Notes under the pieces: model-generated | Seen by the model: only the letters and a program-made list of their open reading frames with translations | Told to the model about the DNA's origin: nothing | Database searches by the model: none | Shown: piece after piece, positions 1 to 8,813 of the stretch | Numbering within the stretch: the stretch's first letter is position 1 | Layout of the letters: every line of letters begins with the position of its first letter | Made by a program: the position numbers and the translations under genes | Assembly (NCBI GenBank): GCA_044868145.1 | Contig: JBIOWE010000004.1 | Coordinates: 137,395 to 201,394 of the forward strand | Length of the DNA stretch: 64,000 bases | Source: Patescibacteria group bacterium | GTDB taxonomy: Bacteria; Patescibacteriota; Patescibacteriia; UBA10025; JBIOWE01 | Reading direction: 5' to 3'

Positions 1-508
1 CGCCCTCTTCAAGATCTTCCATCGTCCTCTGTATAGCGTTCAGCATATCATTGCCTCGATCCAGGTAAGAAGCAATAAGCGTCACAATTGCCTCGCCATC
101 ATTTTCGGAGGCGAGTTGGTAGCCAGCGCTGTCAAGGCGTGCGCGAAGTTCCTTGTATCCTGGAAGGTCACCGTTGCTGCATCCTGCGAGCACGGTTCCA
201 TTCTTCGCCGTAACGAGATGAGGTTGCAAATTCACTGCGGTTTGCGGGCCGCACGTAGAATACCGATTGTGTCCGATGGCTGCCATACCAGGCAATGAAT
301 TTAATACATCAGGCAAAAAAATCTGTCTCACAAGACCTGCTCGTTTATGGGAATAAAAATTGCTGCCATCCGATGAGATAATGCCGGAACCTTCCTGCCC
401 TCGATGCTGCAGCATATGCAGACTGAGAGACGTAAGTTCTGATGCTTGCGGATGCCCATAAATGCCAGTGACTGCACATTCGTCTGTAAAGCGATCGGGA
501 TTACCCAT
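1..508 (-). CDS. purF: amidophosphoribosyltransferase, N-terminal part (gene runs off the left edge)
   Basis: The reverse-strand translation starts MGNPDRFTDECAVTGIYGH...LQHRGQEGSGI...GHNRYSTCG. The short propeptide before the catalytic Cys, the HRGQE motif and the GH.RYST motif are typical of the PurF glutamine amidotransferase class II domain. The start codon is the complement of 506-508. Confidence 0.8.
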   Translation of the reverse strand, partial: MGNPDRFTDECAVTGIYGHPQASELTSLSLHMLQHRGQEGSGIISSDGSNFYSHKRAGLVRQIFLPDVLNSLPGMAAIGHNRYSTCGPQTAVNLQPHLVTAKNGTVLAGCSNGDLPGYKELRARLDSAGYQLASENDGEAIVTLIASYLDRGNDMLNAIQRTMEDLEEG

Positions 509-585
509 TGAACCTCCTTTTTGTCAGTGAACTGTTTTTATTTTTTGAGTTCTTTATCTTACACCATAGGACGAAACATGGCAAA

Positions 586-618
586 TAAAAAACGCCCAAC
601 TCAATGGCCAGGCGTGGT
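586..618 (-). terminator. weak hairpin plus T-run between purF and the 91-aa ORF
   Basis: acgcc...ggcgt stem followed by gttttt on the plus strand and preceded by an A-run. The stem is only about 5 bp. Confidence 0.3.
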
Positions 619-623
619 TTTTG

Positions 624-899
624 TTACATCATCTGTTCTAATTCGATGATGCCAAAGGATCTATCAAACTGTTTGAGCGTCTTATCGAGATGCTCTGTGC
701 TGTCAAAGCCCAATTCCTTGGCTACCTTACCAATATCATGAAGTTGCCGGAATGTATTAATAACCGCATCCTTAAAGGTCAATTTTCCGCCCCGAAGCGT
801 TGCAAGTAACTTGTCTGGGTATTTAATGCCTGGAGTATCTGGCGTTACTTCCTTCTCATGCCAGCTGACTTTTTTCTCCTTTTCCTTCACTCTCGCCAC
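624..899 (-). CDS. hypothetical small protein (91 aa)
   Basis: Intact ORF with lysine-rich N-terminus, located between purF and rpsT. No recognisable motif. Confidence 0.45.
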   Translation of the reverse strand: MARVKEKEKKVSWHEKEVTPDTPGIKYPDKLLATLRGGKLTFKDAVINTFRQLHDIGKVAKELGFDSTEHLDKTLKQFDRSFGIIELEQMM

Positions 900-1030
900 G
901 GCTCTCCTCCTTGTTTTTTAGAATTCTTTTTTGCAAAGCACTTTGGGATCGTACACCTGTCCGTTCTCACTGTCAACCCCATACCCCTAAGGCTTGCCTA
1001 CAGAGAAAAAAAATGATAGGATGAACATAC

Positions 1031-1070
1031 GTTTACTTTTCCTTTTTACTTTTTAACTTTTGCTTTCTAA
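1031..1070 (+). repeat. T-rich 11-12 nt motif array (TTTACTTTTCC / TTTTTACTTTTT / AACTTTT) immediately upstream of the rpsT start
   Basis: Same motif units as at 8779-8813 (minus-strand sense) and 9219-9260. It directly abuts the ATG at 1072 with no Shine-Dalgarno sequence in between. Confidence 0.6.
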
Positions 1071-1071
1071 C

Positions 1072-1341
1072 ATGCCAATCAAACAAGCGGCGTTTAAGGC
1101 GTTACGCCAATCACGAAAACGTCATGACGCGAACCGAGCGCATAAGGACAACCTGAAGGACTTGATAAAAAAAGTTCGAAAGCTCATTGCGCAAAAAAAG
1201 CAGCAAGAAGCAATTGTTGCGTTGCGTGCCGCAGTCAAAGCTGTTGATAAGGCCGCACAAAAGGGCGTGACGAAAAAAAACGCCGCGGCGAGGATTAAAT
1301 CTCGGCTTACGCGGCAGGTGAACGCCCTCAAAAAAACTTAA
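1072..1341 (+). CDS. rpsT: 30S ribosomal protein S20
   Basis: MPIKQAAFKALRQSRKRHDANRAHKD... The basic, alanine/lysine-rich ~90 aa protein matches the S20 pattern. Chosen start is the ATG at 1072; the ORF track begins at an upstream TTG. Confidence 0.85.
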   Translation: MPIKQAAFKALRQSRKRHDANRAHKDNLKDLIKKVRKLIAQKKQQEAIVALRAAVKAVDKAAQKGVTKKNAAARIKSRLTRQVNALKKT

Positions 1342-2309
1342 GTTCGTTCGCAGATACGCACCACGAGCACGTCGAAGAGGGTTTCAGGATTCTCTTGCGT
1401 CGTTTTGATTTTCACGTCAAGGTCAAGCAACATCCCGTAAATAGCCTTCAGGTCGTCAAGCCGAAAACGCTGTGTATCGCGAAGAGCTTTCTGCACCACA
1501 AAAGGATGTAAACCAAGGGTGGTCGCAACATTGGAAGCGTGGCGATCCTGCTGGAGGATTTCTTTCACCTGCAAAAGAATGCGGAATTGGCGTACGAGCA
1601 TGGTGAGAATATATAGTTCGTGAACACCGAGCTCAAGTTGATCGTTTATCAATTTTAAGGCCAGGTGGGCGTCTTTTTGACTTAATGCGTCCGTAAGGTG
1701 AAAAATATTTTCATCAAAGCGAGCCGAAACAAACAAACGGACATCGTCGGCCGTAATTGCATTGCCTTGCCTGTAATTCGTTAATTTTTCTATCTCGTGG
1801 TCAAGCTGCCATAAGTCTGGCCCAACAAAACTTGTCAGTTCAAGAATCGCCGGCTGTTCGATCTGACCGCCGCGTCGTTTTACTTCGGTGAGTACCCATC
1901 GCTGCAGTTCTTGATCAGTCAGCAAAGGAAAGTACTCTTCCTTTTCCTTCAAAAGGCGCGCATACAATGGATCAGAGGGCGTACGGCCCCGTTTTGTCTT
2001 CTCGTCGGCTTGCCAAAAGACGAGCACGTGCTCATCGGGCCATTCGCTTGCAAGATACTCAGCGATTTCATGCGTGATTCGCTTTTGTTTTTTTCCTGAA
2101 AAAATGTTCTCAACGACAACAAGACGCTTTTTCGCAAGAAAACCGACAGCCCCGACAGCGTTGCGAAATTCAGTCATAGTGAGCCGTGCACCATCGAGCG
2201 ATTGGATATTCAACCCCTGCGTGTCGTATTTTTTTTGGAACCCATCTTTATAGAATTGCAAACGTTTGCGGGAGCGATATGTGTCCGGGCCGTGGAGAAA
2301 AAGTATCAT
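1338..2309 (-). CDS. holA: DNA polymerase III delta subunit
   Basis: MILFLHGPDTY... is a holA-type N-terminus. The ~320 aa size and position directly downstream of polA on the same strand fit. Confidence 0.75.
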   Translation of the reverse strand: MILFLHGPDTYRSRKRLQFYKDGFQKKYDTQGLNIQSLDGARLTMTEFRNAVGAVGFLAKKRLVVVENIFSGKKQKRITHEIAEYLASEWPDEHVLVFWQADEKTKRGRTPSDPLYARLLKEKEEYFPLLTDQELQRWVLTEVKRRGGQIEQPAILELTSFVGPDLWQLDHEIEKLTNYRQGNAITADDVRLFVSARFDENIFHLTDALSQKDAHLALKLINDQLELGVHELYILTMLVRQFRILLQVKEILQQDRHASNVATTLGLHPFVVQKALRDTQRFRLDDLKAIYGMLLDLDVKIKTTQENPETLFDVLVVRICERT

Positions 2310-2312
2310 ACG

Positions 2313-5066
2313 TTATCCTTTCGTCTCCCCCCAGTTCCGCCCGGTGCGTACTTCGGACTTGATGGGAACTTTCAACTTATAGACCGAATCCATGGTCTCT
2401 TCGACGAAACGTGCAACTTTTTGTACATTATCGTCCGGCACTTCAAACACAAGTTCGTCATGCACGGTGAGGACCATCTTTGCTTCCCGACTTACGTTCG
2501 GTAATTGAGAATCAATGGCAATCATTGCTAGCTTCAAAAGGTCCGCGGCAGTCCCTTGGATCGGCAAGTTGATGGCCATGCGTTCGGCAGCGGCGCGCAC
2601 TTGAGGCATCGAGGAATTAATTTCCGGTAGATACCGGGGCCGCCCAAAGAGCGTCTCAACAAATCCTTGTTCGTGGGCGAGCGCTTTTGTCGTTTCAATA
2701 TACTCGTAAATCGCTTTGTGTACGAGAAAATATTTTTCAATAAATGCTCGCGCTTTCTCCCGGGAAATTCCTTTTCGTGCGGCCAAGCCGCCGGGTCCCA
2801 TGCCATAGAGAATCCCGAAATTCACTTCCTTCGCGCCGCTGCGCATGTCGTGCGTCACCTTGTCAATTGGAACGTCGTAAACTTCTGCAGCGGTGCGAGT
2901 ATGAATATCCTCGCCTTTGCGGAATGACTCGATCATTTTCTCATCATCCGCGAGCGATGCGATGATACGCAACTCTATTTGCGAGTAGTCGGCGGAAATA
3001 AGCTTGCATCCCTTTTCCGCAATGAACGCTTTGCGTATTGCTTGTCCAAGTTCACCGCGTATTGGAATATTCTGTAAGTTTGGGTCTGAAGATGACAGTC
3101 GTCCGGTCGCGGCCACAGTTTGATTAAAGCTCGTATGGACCCGCCCGGTTTTTGGATTCACGAGCTTCGGCAAGGTGTCCAAATACGTGGACTTCAACTT
3201 GGTGAGCTCGCGGTACTCGAGAATAAACGGAATGATTGGATGCGCATCCTTCAACTTCTCGAGTTCATCCGCCGCCGTCGAGAGCCCTGTTTTTGTTCTG
3301 CCTACGCCCTTCGTATCAATCTTCAGCTTGCCAAAGAGTACTTCTTTCAACTGGAGAGGCGAATTGATGTTGAAATCCATTTTTGCTTTCTGGTATATCT
3401 TCACTTCGAGTTCATGCACCGTCTTTCCGATTTTTACGGACATCCGGTTCAGTAGCGGTACGTCGATCTTGACGCCATTTTCTTCCACGCGCGCGAGCAC
3501 TGGGACGAGCGGCATTTCCATTTTTTGAAACAAACCAAAAACGTTTTTCTCTTCAAGGCGCTCTTTGAGCACAAGATACAATTGCCATGTGTAATCGGCG
3601 TCTTCGCAGGAATAATATGACAGTTTTTCTTTTGGCACAGTATCCATAGCCAGCTGATTCTTGCCTTTTTTGCCGATAAGCGCTTCAATCGGTATCATCT
3701 CATGGCCAAACTCCGTAAACACGAGGCTGTTCAGACTGTGTTGGCGCGTGCCCGGATTGAGCACGTACGAAGCAATCATTGTATCAAAGCTTAACGGTTG
3801 CATGACGATAGTCGCTTGTTTCAGAACCGCATAATCATATTTCATATTATGGCCAATTTTTTCTGTATGCGCATTCTCCAAGATCGATTTGAGTTTCTGT
3901 AACCAAGCAGAACGATTTCGTACGGAGACAAAATATGCTTTGCCTTCTTTCCACGAAAAGCTTATGCCCAAGAGTTCAGCCCTGAACGGATCCAGGCTCG
4001 TTGCTTCCGTGTCCACGGCGAAGGACTTTTGTCCGCTCAATTGTTTTACAAACTCTGCAAAGTCGTCTTCCGTATCAACAAGAACGTAGTCGCCTTTCTT
4101 TTGGCTTTGCGATTCAGTTTTTTTCGATTCTGTCTGCTCTTTCTGCTGAGCGGGTTCGGCAAAATCGAATTTTTGTTCAGCGGGCGGCAAGCGCGAGAGC
4201 AAGCTCTTGAATTCAAGCTGCTGGAATAAATCATAAAGTTTTGAACGGTCGTACGGTGCCACTTTGCAGTCCTCCAGCTTGAATTTTACGGGCGCGTTCC
4301 GGACAATCGTCGCCAGCTTCTTGCTCATGAACGCTTCCTTTTTCTGCGCTTGCAAGAGCTTCAGGTATCGCGGCGCGATTTTTACTTTATCCCCGTGCTT
4401 TTCAATCGCCTCATAAATACCTTCAAGCGATCCGTACTGCTGCAACAATTCCACCGCGCCTTTCTCACCAATACCTTTGACCCCTGGGATGTTATCCGAC
4501 GCGTCGCCGGCAAGCGCCTTAAAATCAATCATTTGCGCTGGCGAAAGACCATAGCGCTTGCGAACGGCTCCCTCATCGTACGTTACCGCGTCCGAAACAC
4601 CCTTACGCATGGTGTAGACGCTCGTATGGTCGTCAACGAGCTGCAAGGCGTCCAAATCGCCGGTGACAATAATATTTTCCACGCCCTTTTTCTCGTTTTC
4701 CTTGGCTACCGTTCCAATAATATCATCCGCTTCATAGCCGTCGAGCTCGAATACGGGAATCCGGAACGCGTTCAACACATCGTGCATAATAGGCACCTGA
4801 TCGTAGAACTCCTGCGGCGCTTTCACGCGCGTGGCTTTGTATTCCTTATACATGTCATGTCGAAACGTTGGCGCTTTTCTATCAAAGGCAACGGCAATGT
4901 AGTCGGGCTTGAATTCCTTAATCGCTTTCAACAACGTTGTCACAAATCCGTATACTGCGTTGACGACCTTACCAGATTTCGTCGTGAGCGGCGGCAACGC
5001 ATGAAAACTGCGATGGAGAATCGCATTGGCATCGAGAATGATAAATTTTTGCTTCTTCGCAGCCAT
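2313..5066 (-). CDS. polA: DNA polymerase I
   Basis: 917 aa. N-terminal 5-prime-3-prime exonuclease/FEN domain (IILDANAILHRSFHAL), central 3-prime-5-prime exo-like domain (FAVDTEATSLDP), C-terminal family A polymerase motifs (RRSAKEVNFGILYG, QVHDELVFE). Confidence 0.95.
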   Translation of the reverse strand: MAAKKQKFIILDANAILHRSFHALPPLTTKSGKVVNAVYGFVTTLLKAIKEFKPDYIAVAFDRKAPTFRHDMYKEYKATRVKAPQEFYDQVPIMHDVLNAFRIPVFELDGYEADDIIGTVAKENEKKGVENIIVTGDLDALQLVDDHTSVYTMRKGVSDAVTYDEGAVRKRYGLSPAQMIDFKALAGDASDNIPGVKGIGEKGAVELLQQYGSLEGIYEAIEKHGDKVKIAPRYLKLLQAQKKEAFMSKKLATIVRNAPVKFKLEDCKVAPYDRSKLYDLFQQLEFKSLLSRLPPAEQKFDFAEPAQQKEQTESKKTESQSQKKGDYVLVDTEDDFAEFVKQLSGQKSFAVDTEATSLDPFRAELLGISFSWKEGKAYFVSVRNRSAWLQKLKSILENAHTEKIGHNMKYDYAVLKQATIVMQPLSFDTMIASYVLNPGTRQHSLNSLVFTEFGHEMIPIEALIGKKGKNQLAMDTVPKEKLSYYSCEDADYTWQLYLVLKERLEEKNVFGLFQKMEMPLVPVLARVEENGVKIDVPLLNRMSVKIGKTVHELEVKIYQKAKMDFNINSPLQLKEVLFGKLKIDTKGVGRTKTGLSTAADELEKLKDAHPIIPFILEYRELTKLKSTYLDTLPKLVNPKTGRVHTSFNQTVAATGRLSSSDPNLQNIPIRGELGQAIRKAFIAEKGCKLISADYSQIELRIIASLADDEKMIESFRKGEDIHTRTAAEVYDVPIDKVTHDMRSGAKEVNFGILYGMGPGGLAARKGISREKARAFIEKYFLVHKAIYEYIETTKALAHEQGFVETLFGRPRYLPEINSSMPQVRAAAERMAINLPIQGTAADLLKLAMIAIDSQLPNVSREAKMVLTVHDELVFEVPDDNVQKVARFVEETMDSVYKLKVPIKSEVRTGRNWGETKG

Positions 5067-5141
5067 GGTATTGATATTGTATCACCCCAAAACAAAGAAC
5101 ACCATCAGCTCGAGCAGACGGTGTTTGCAGATGGGGCAGGG

Positions 5142-5360
5142 CTACGGTTGCGCTATTGGCGGCTCGTTTTCCGACTTTTTTTCCTTGGACTTTTTCGATA
5201 TGCCCACGATGCCGATGATAACGCCAAGCACGCCGGCGATGAGCATAAGCCCGACATACCAATTTGGCTGCTTAAATTGGTCGTTCGTGAAAATAAGAAA
5301 AATTATGCCGTTGAGAGTAATGACCAGGCCAACGATGAGAGTGTACCAAGAGGTAAGCAT
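5142..5360 (-). CDS. small membrane protein (72 aa, 2 TM)
   Basis: Two hydrophobic helices followed by a lysine-rich tail. Lies immediately upstream of polA on the same strand. Confidence 0.4.
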   Translation of the reverse strand: MLTSWYTLIVGLVITLNGIIFLIFTNDQFKQPNWYVGLMLIAGVLGVIIGIVGISKKSKEKKSENEPPIAQP

Positions 5361-5394
5361 AATAAAAAAGATTACTAATAATAGTATATCCTGC

Positions 5395-5424
5395 CATTGA
5401 CAAAGTGTATAGACATGCTATATT
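5395..5424 (+). promoter_or_regulatory. sigma70-like promoter for the 5452 gene
   Basis: TTGACA, 17 nt spacer, TATATT, followed by an AGGGAGG Shine-Dalgarno sequence and the ATG at 5452. Confidence 0.45.
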
Positions 5425-5451
5425 GAGTTGAAAATAAACAGGGAGGCATTG

Positions 5452-5865
5452 ATGTTTGTCAATCAACTACGCAGAAAAGTAGTATCAATAGGGATGCAAA
5501 TCTTTGGCTTAGCGGTAATGCTTCGGCTCTTCGGATCAAAGGATTTGAAATACTACTTAGTTATGAGCCTCCTGGCATACGTTGTTGCCATGGTAGCATT
5601 CTATGGTATCATGTTCTATGGAGCGTTCCTTGGTTCCTTGTTTCACGAAAAAAGAAAAAGGCAAATTGAGGAACATTACAAAAACGATCCCTACCCAGGA
5701 GAATTACCGCCGGAGTTTCGTCCAGAACAAAACGCCGGCACAAAAACATTGTTCTTTGTCAGCAACTTGAGGTGGCGTACGCCGCCTACCGATAATATTG
5801 AGAGACCATCGCCTCCGTGCGTAAGTCTCTCTTTTTTTATCCTCTTTAAAAAAGTTGGAGCGTGA
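5452..5865 (+). CDS. hypothetical membrane protein
   Basis: ORF with Shine-Dalgarno sequence. Two TM segments, then a basic/Pro-rich tail. Confidence 0.5.
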   Translation: MFVNQLRRKVVSIGMQIFGLAVMLRLFGSKDLKYYLVMSLLAYVVAMVAFYGIMFYGAFLGSLFHEKRKRQIEEHYKNDPYPGELPPEFRPEQNAGTKTLFFVSNLRWRTPPTDNIERPSPPCVSLSFFILFKKVGA

Positions 5866-5882
5866 AGAGGCTCTGCAAAGCT

Positions 5883-5960
5883 GGGAGATGCTGAAATAAA
5901 TTCAGCATGACTCTCTAGGTCGCCCCCATCTGTCACCCTGAACTTGTTTCAGGGTCTCCC
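5883..5960. repeat. composite palindromic repeat: GGGAGATGCYGAAA..TTCAGCATGAC hairpin plus GTCACCCTGAACTTGTTTCAGGGTCTCCC hairpin
   Basis: Both modules recur at 21579-21639 in the opposite order. The GTCAYCCTGA...GGATCTCC ends also recur at 36642-36748. Copy at 5932-5960 encodes the last 9 codons and the stop of the GIY-YIG gene. Confidence 0.65.
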
Positions 5961-6289
5961 GATCCATCATACTCACCATAATCAAACAATTCGCGCGACA
6001 GGTCGGCAAACATCGGGTTGTTAGCTCGTATCAGATTCATTTTCCACTTACGATGCCAATTCTTGAGTTGCTTTTCACGAGCAATGGCGGCATATACATC
6101 ATCGGTGGCTTCATAATACACAAGCTTCACAATATTATAGCGAGCGGTGAACCCTCTTATTCTTTTTTTCTTATGCTCAAGTATGCGACGATATAAATCA
6201 TTCGTCGCGCCTGTATAGAAAACCGTGTGATATCTGTTCGTCATAATATACACAAAGTATTGTCGATCTCTTCTCATGGCCATTGACAA
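5933..6289 (-). CDS. GIY-YIG (URI-domain) nuclease family protein
   Basis: YFVYIMTN...FYTGATNDLYRRILEHK is the GIY-YIG catalytic motif. The C-terminal ...SGDPETSSG and the stop are read from the repeat element. Confidence 0.8.
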   Translation of the reverse strand: MSMAMRRDRQYFVYIMTNRYHTVFYTGATNDLYRRILEHKKKRIRGFTARYNIVKLVYYEATDDVYAAIAREKQLKNWHRKWKMNLIRANNPMFADLSRELFDYGEYDGSGDPETSSG

Positions 6290-6395
6290 ACCCCCTTTTT
6301 TGCGCTATACTGACAGTACAAATAAAAAGAAAAAGAAAAATCGCTTTTTCCATTCCTAAGAGGGCACCGATCTGTTGATCTGTGCTCTTTTCTTT

Positions 6396-8006
6396 TTATT
6401 CCGCCTGTTTGCGTTTCTTGTACTGATGCCAGGCCAGGAAACCAATCAATGAGGCACCGATCATCCCGGCAAGGATCATCAGGTAGACGCGCATGCGGCT
6501 CGCCTGTTCCGACGGAGACACCACAATAGTGTTTTGTTCTGCAGCCACTACGTCTGCGCCAAGGATCTCCCCTTGTGGTTTCAAAACTTCAATATCACTT
6601 TGCTGGCGAGGCAACAAGCGCAATCCGGCGCTTGTTTTATCAAGCACGCCAGTGACTCGCAGGCGATCACCCGCTTTCATATCAGGTTTTTCGATACTGG
6701 TCGACTTTTGAATGTACACGCGTAATGTCCCACCGGATGCACCCGCGAGATAAATATGATCGCCGCGTATTTGCGTAATCGTTCCTTCAATAACGAGCAG
6801 TCGTCCGAGATAGTCCTCGCTAATATCCTCAATCATGAGTGAAGTTGCCTTTGTGTCCACTGCTGGCGTACCTGTCTGGTCAGCAATCTCCTCGTCTGGC
6901 AAGGCATTTTCCTCACCCGGAGTCGGGACGTCTGTCCAGGCCCATCCGTCGTCGAATCGCGCGAACGTCTGGTCGGCTTTCGCTTTATCATACTCGACCC
7001 CGTTGATGATGTGGTCAGCTGGATCAATGAGGTAGAGCGTGTCACCACCATCATTTAACACTATTTTGCTCTGTTTGCGCTCTATGACCGCAAAAGATTT
7101 CGCGGCAATCACCATGTTTGCTGGCAAGAAGTAGGTGCGCTTTGTATCCGTGAGCGCCCATCCCGCAAGGTGAATCGTACGATTGTCCGGATTATACAAT
7201 TCAATGAATTCGTTCTCCTCGTCTTTACCGACTGGCGCGGGAAACAGCTCGCTCAAGACGAGAGTGTCTGAATAATCATACGCTTCTCGAGCAATCGTAT
7301 CATGTTCCGGCTGAGGCTCCTCGTTCGCTACCGTTTCATCACGCGACGGCGTTGTTGGTTGCGTTATCAACCGCACCGTGAGGTATTCCGGCTCGGATGC
7401 CATATTCTGCGGTTCCGGAATCGTTCGCAAAAGGAAATCGAGGACGTTCGTATCCGTATCTTCGCTATTGCCGGAAAAATAGTCACTGCCTCCTTCGATC
7501 ATTATTTCAATCGTTGAGTCCACGCGCGCTTTCCGTTCTACACTCTTTCCACCAGCTGGGTTGGCAAAGGTCTGACCCTCAAACGCCTGGCTCGTGCCAA
7601 ATCCAACCATATCAACGACCGCGGCATTATTGTCATAGAGTATGACTGTATTATTATCAGCGATAGAATTGGTCGTTGAGTAATATGCGTCTGGCTGTGT
7701 AGTACCACGATAGCCAACTGGATGTGCAAGGAGAAAAAATGAATGCCCTGCGATCGTGACGTTACCGATTGAATCAATGAGATTGTATTCGCTCCCTGTC
7801 GCCGTTTGTTTTGCCAGCTTCCAACCTGCCAAAGCAATGGGCAGATCGGTCGGATTGTATAGTTCGACAAATTCATTGGTACTGTACCCCGTTCCGCCGC
7901 TTAACTGAACTTCACTGATGACAACATGCTGCGCTGGCTCGGCATGGGTGCCAACGCCAACAAACAATGTGGCCAGTATCGATATGAGTAAAAAGTAGCG
8001 TCGCAT
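6396..8006 (-). CDS. secreted/membrane-anchored protein with two lamin-tail domains
   Basis: Signal peptide, then two LTD-type repeats (VISEVQLSGGTG..NEFVELYNPTD and LVLSELFPAPVGKDEENEFIELYNPDN). C-terminal TM helix and KKRKQAE tail. Confidence 0.7.
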   Translation of the reverse strand: MRRYFLLISILATLFVGVGTHAEPAQHVVISEVQLSGGTGYSTNEFVELYNPTDLPIALAGWKLAKQTATGSEYNLIDSIGNVTIAGHSFFLLAHPVGYRGTTQPDAYYSTTNSIADNNTVILYDNNAAVVDMVGFGTSQAFEGQTFANPAGGKSVERKARVDSTIEIMIEGGSDYFSGNSEDTDTNVLDFLLRTIPEPQNMASEPEYLTVRLITQPTTPSRDETVANEEPQPEHDTIAREAYDYSDTLVLSELFPAPVGKDEENEFIELYNPDNRTIHLAGWALTDTKRTYFLPANMVIAAKSFAVIERKQSKIVLNDGGDTLYLIDPADHIINGVEYDKAKADQTFARFDDGWAWTDVPTPGEENALPDEEIADQTGTPAVDTKATSLMIEDISEDYLGRLLVIEGTITQIRGDHIYLAGASGGTLRVYIQKSTSIEKPDMKAGDRLRVTGVLDKTSAGLRLLPRQQSDIEVLKPQGEILGADVVAAEQNTIVVSPSEQASRMRVYLMILAGMIGASLIGFLAWHQYKKRKQAE

Positions 8007-8011
8007 ACAGA

Positions 8012-8263
8012 TTAAAAGATAAGCACGTCGTAATCAGTCTGAGGCCACACTTCCACAATCTCCGCGTCTAGTTCTTGAGCGCCCGGCGCTTTGAAACGTA
8101 CTCGGTCTCCAATATGCCGGCCAAGAAGCGCAGCGCCAAGCGGGGAACGAAAGGAAACGCGACCTTCAGATGGGTTCACATCAGAAGCGACAACTTCATA
8201 GCACTTGATACGGCCGTCGACTTCTACAGCGAGTCGCGATCCGATTGTTATTGCATTGTTCAT
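8012..8263 (-). CDS. GreA/GreB C-terminal (FKBP-like) domain protein
   Basis: 83 aa. SPLGAALLGRHIGDRV is the GreA C-terminal-domain motif. The N-terminal coiled-coil domain is absent. Confidence 0.55.
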   Translation of the reverse strand: MNNAITIGSRLAVEVDGRIKCYEVVASDVNPSEGRVSFRSPLGAALLGRHIGDRVRFKAPGAQELDAEIVEVWPQTDYDVLIF

Positions 8264-8336
8264 AAAAATGAATCATTAACGCCTCCCGTGCCTTAGCCCT
8301 ACCGCATCAAAGCGTAAGGCCAAGAGCATGGATGCG

Positions 8337-8768
8337 CTACGCTTCCTGCGTGGCGACATCCTTCACGTCTACCTCCTCAACCACAACTTCATCATTCACC
8401 TTTTCCGACTTTGCCTTGCCGTTGCCGTTCTTGCCACCAAGCATGATCATGTTGGAAGCGACAATTTCCGTTTGGTACCGCTTTACTTTATCCTTGTCCT
8501 CCCATGTATTCGTGTGCAGTCTACCTTCAAGATATACTCGATCACCTTTCTTCAGGTACTTACCGATTGTTTCACCAAGGCGACCCCAGGCAATGACCGG
8601 GTGGAATTCGGCCTCGCGCTGCATCTTTTTCGTCTTGAGATCCCGCCAGGTGTGATTCGTCGCCACGCGCAGTCGCGCAACCGTCACTCCAGACGGCAAA
8701 CTTTTCACGATCGGGTCTTTCACTAAATTACCGATTAACTCTGCTTTGTTTAAATTCATTATGTTCAC
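8337..8768 (-). CDS. ssb: single-stranded DNA-binding protein
   Basis: OB-fold N-terminal region (NKAELIGNLVKDP...GVTVARLRVATNHTWRD...HPVIAWGRLGE), Gly/Asn-rich linker and acidic tail. Start is at 8768 or 8759. Confidence 0.85.
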   Translation of the reverse strand: MNIMNLNKAELIGNLVKDPIVKSLPSGVTVARLRVATNHTWRDLKTKKMQREAEFHPVIAWGRLGETIGKYLKKGDRVYLEGRLHTNTWEDKDKVKRYQTEIVASNMIMLGGKNGNGKAKSEKVNDEVVVEEVDVKDVATQEA

Positions 8769-8778
8769 CCCCTTTCTA

Positions 8779-8813
8779 TGAAAAAGTAAAAGTTAAAAAG
8801 GAAAAAGTAAAAA
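8779..8813 (-). repeat. T-rich motif array (same family as 1031-1070), immediately upstream of the ssb RBS and ATG
   Basis: On the minus strand it reads atttttactttttcctttttaacttttactttttc, then catagaaagggggtgaacATG. Confidence 0.6.

Noticed and set aside
4350-5378. 342-aa ORF on the plus strand
   Set aside because: Lies entirely antisense to polA (2313-5066), which has unambiguous polymerase motifs. It is a long open antisense frame typical of GC-balanced coding DNA.
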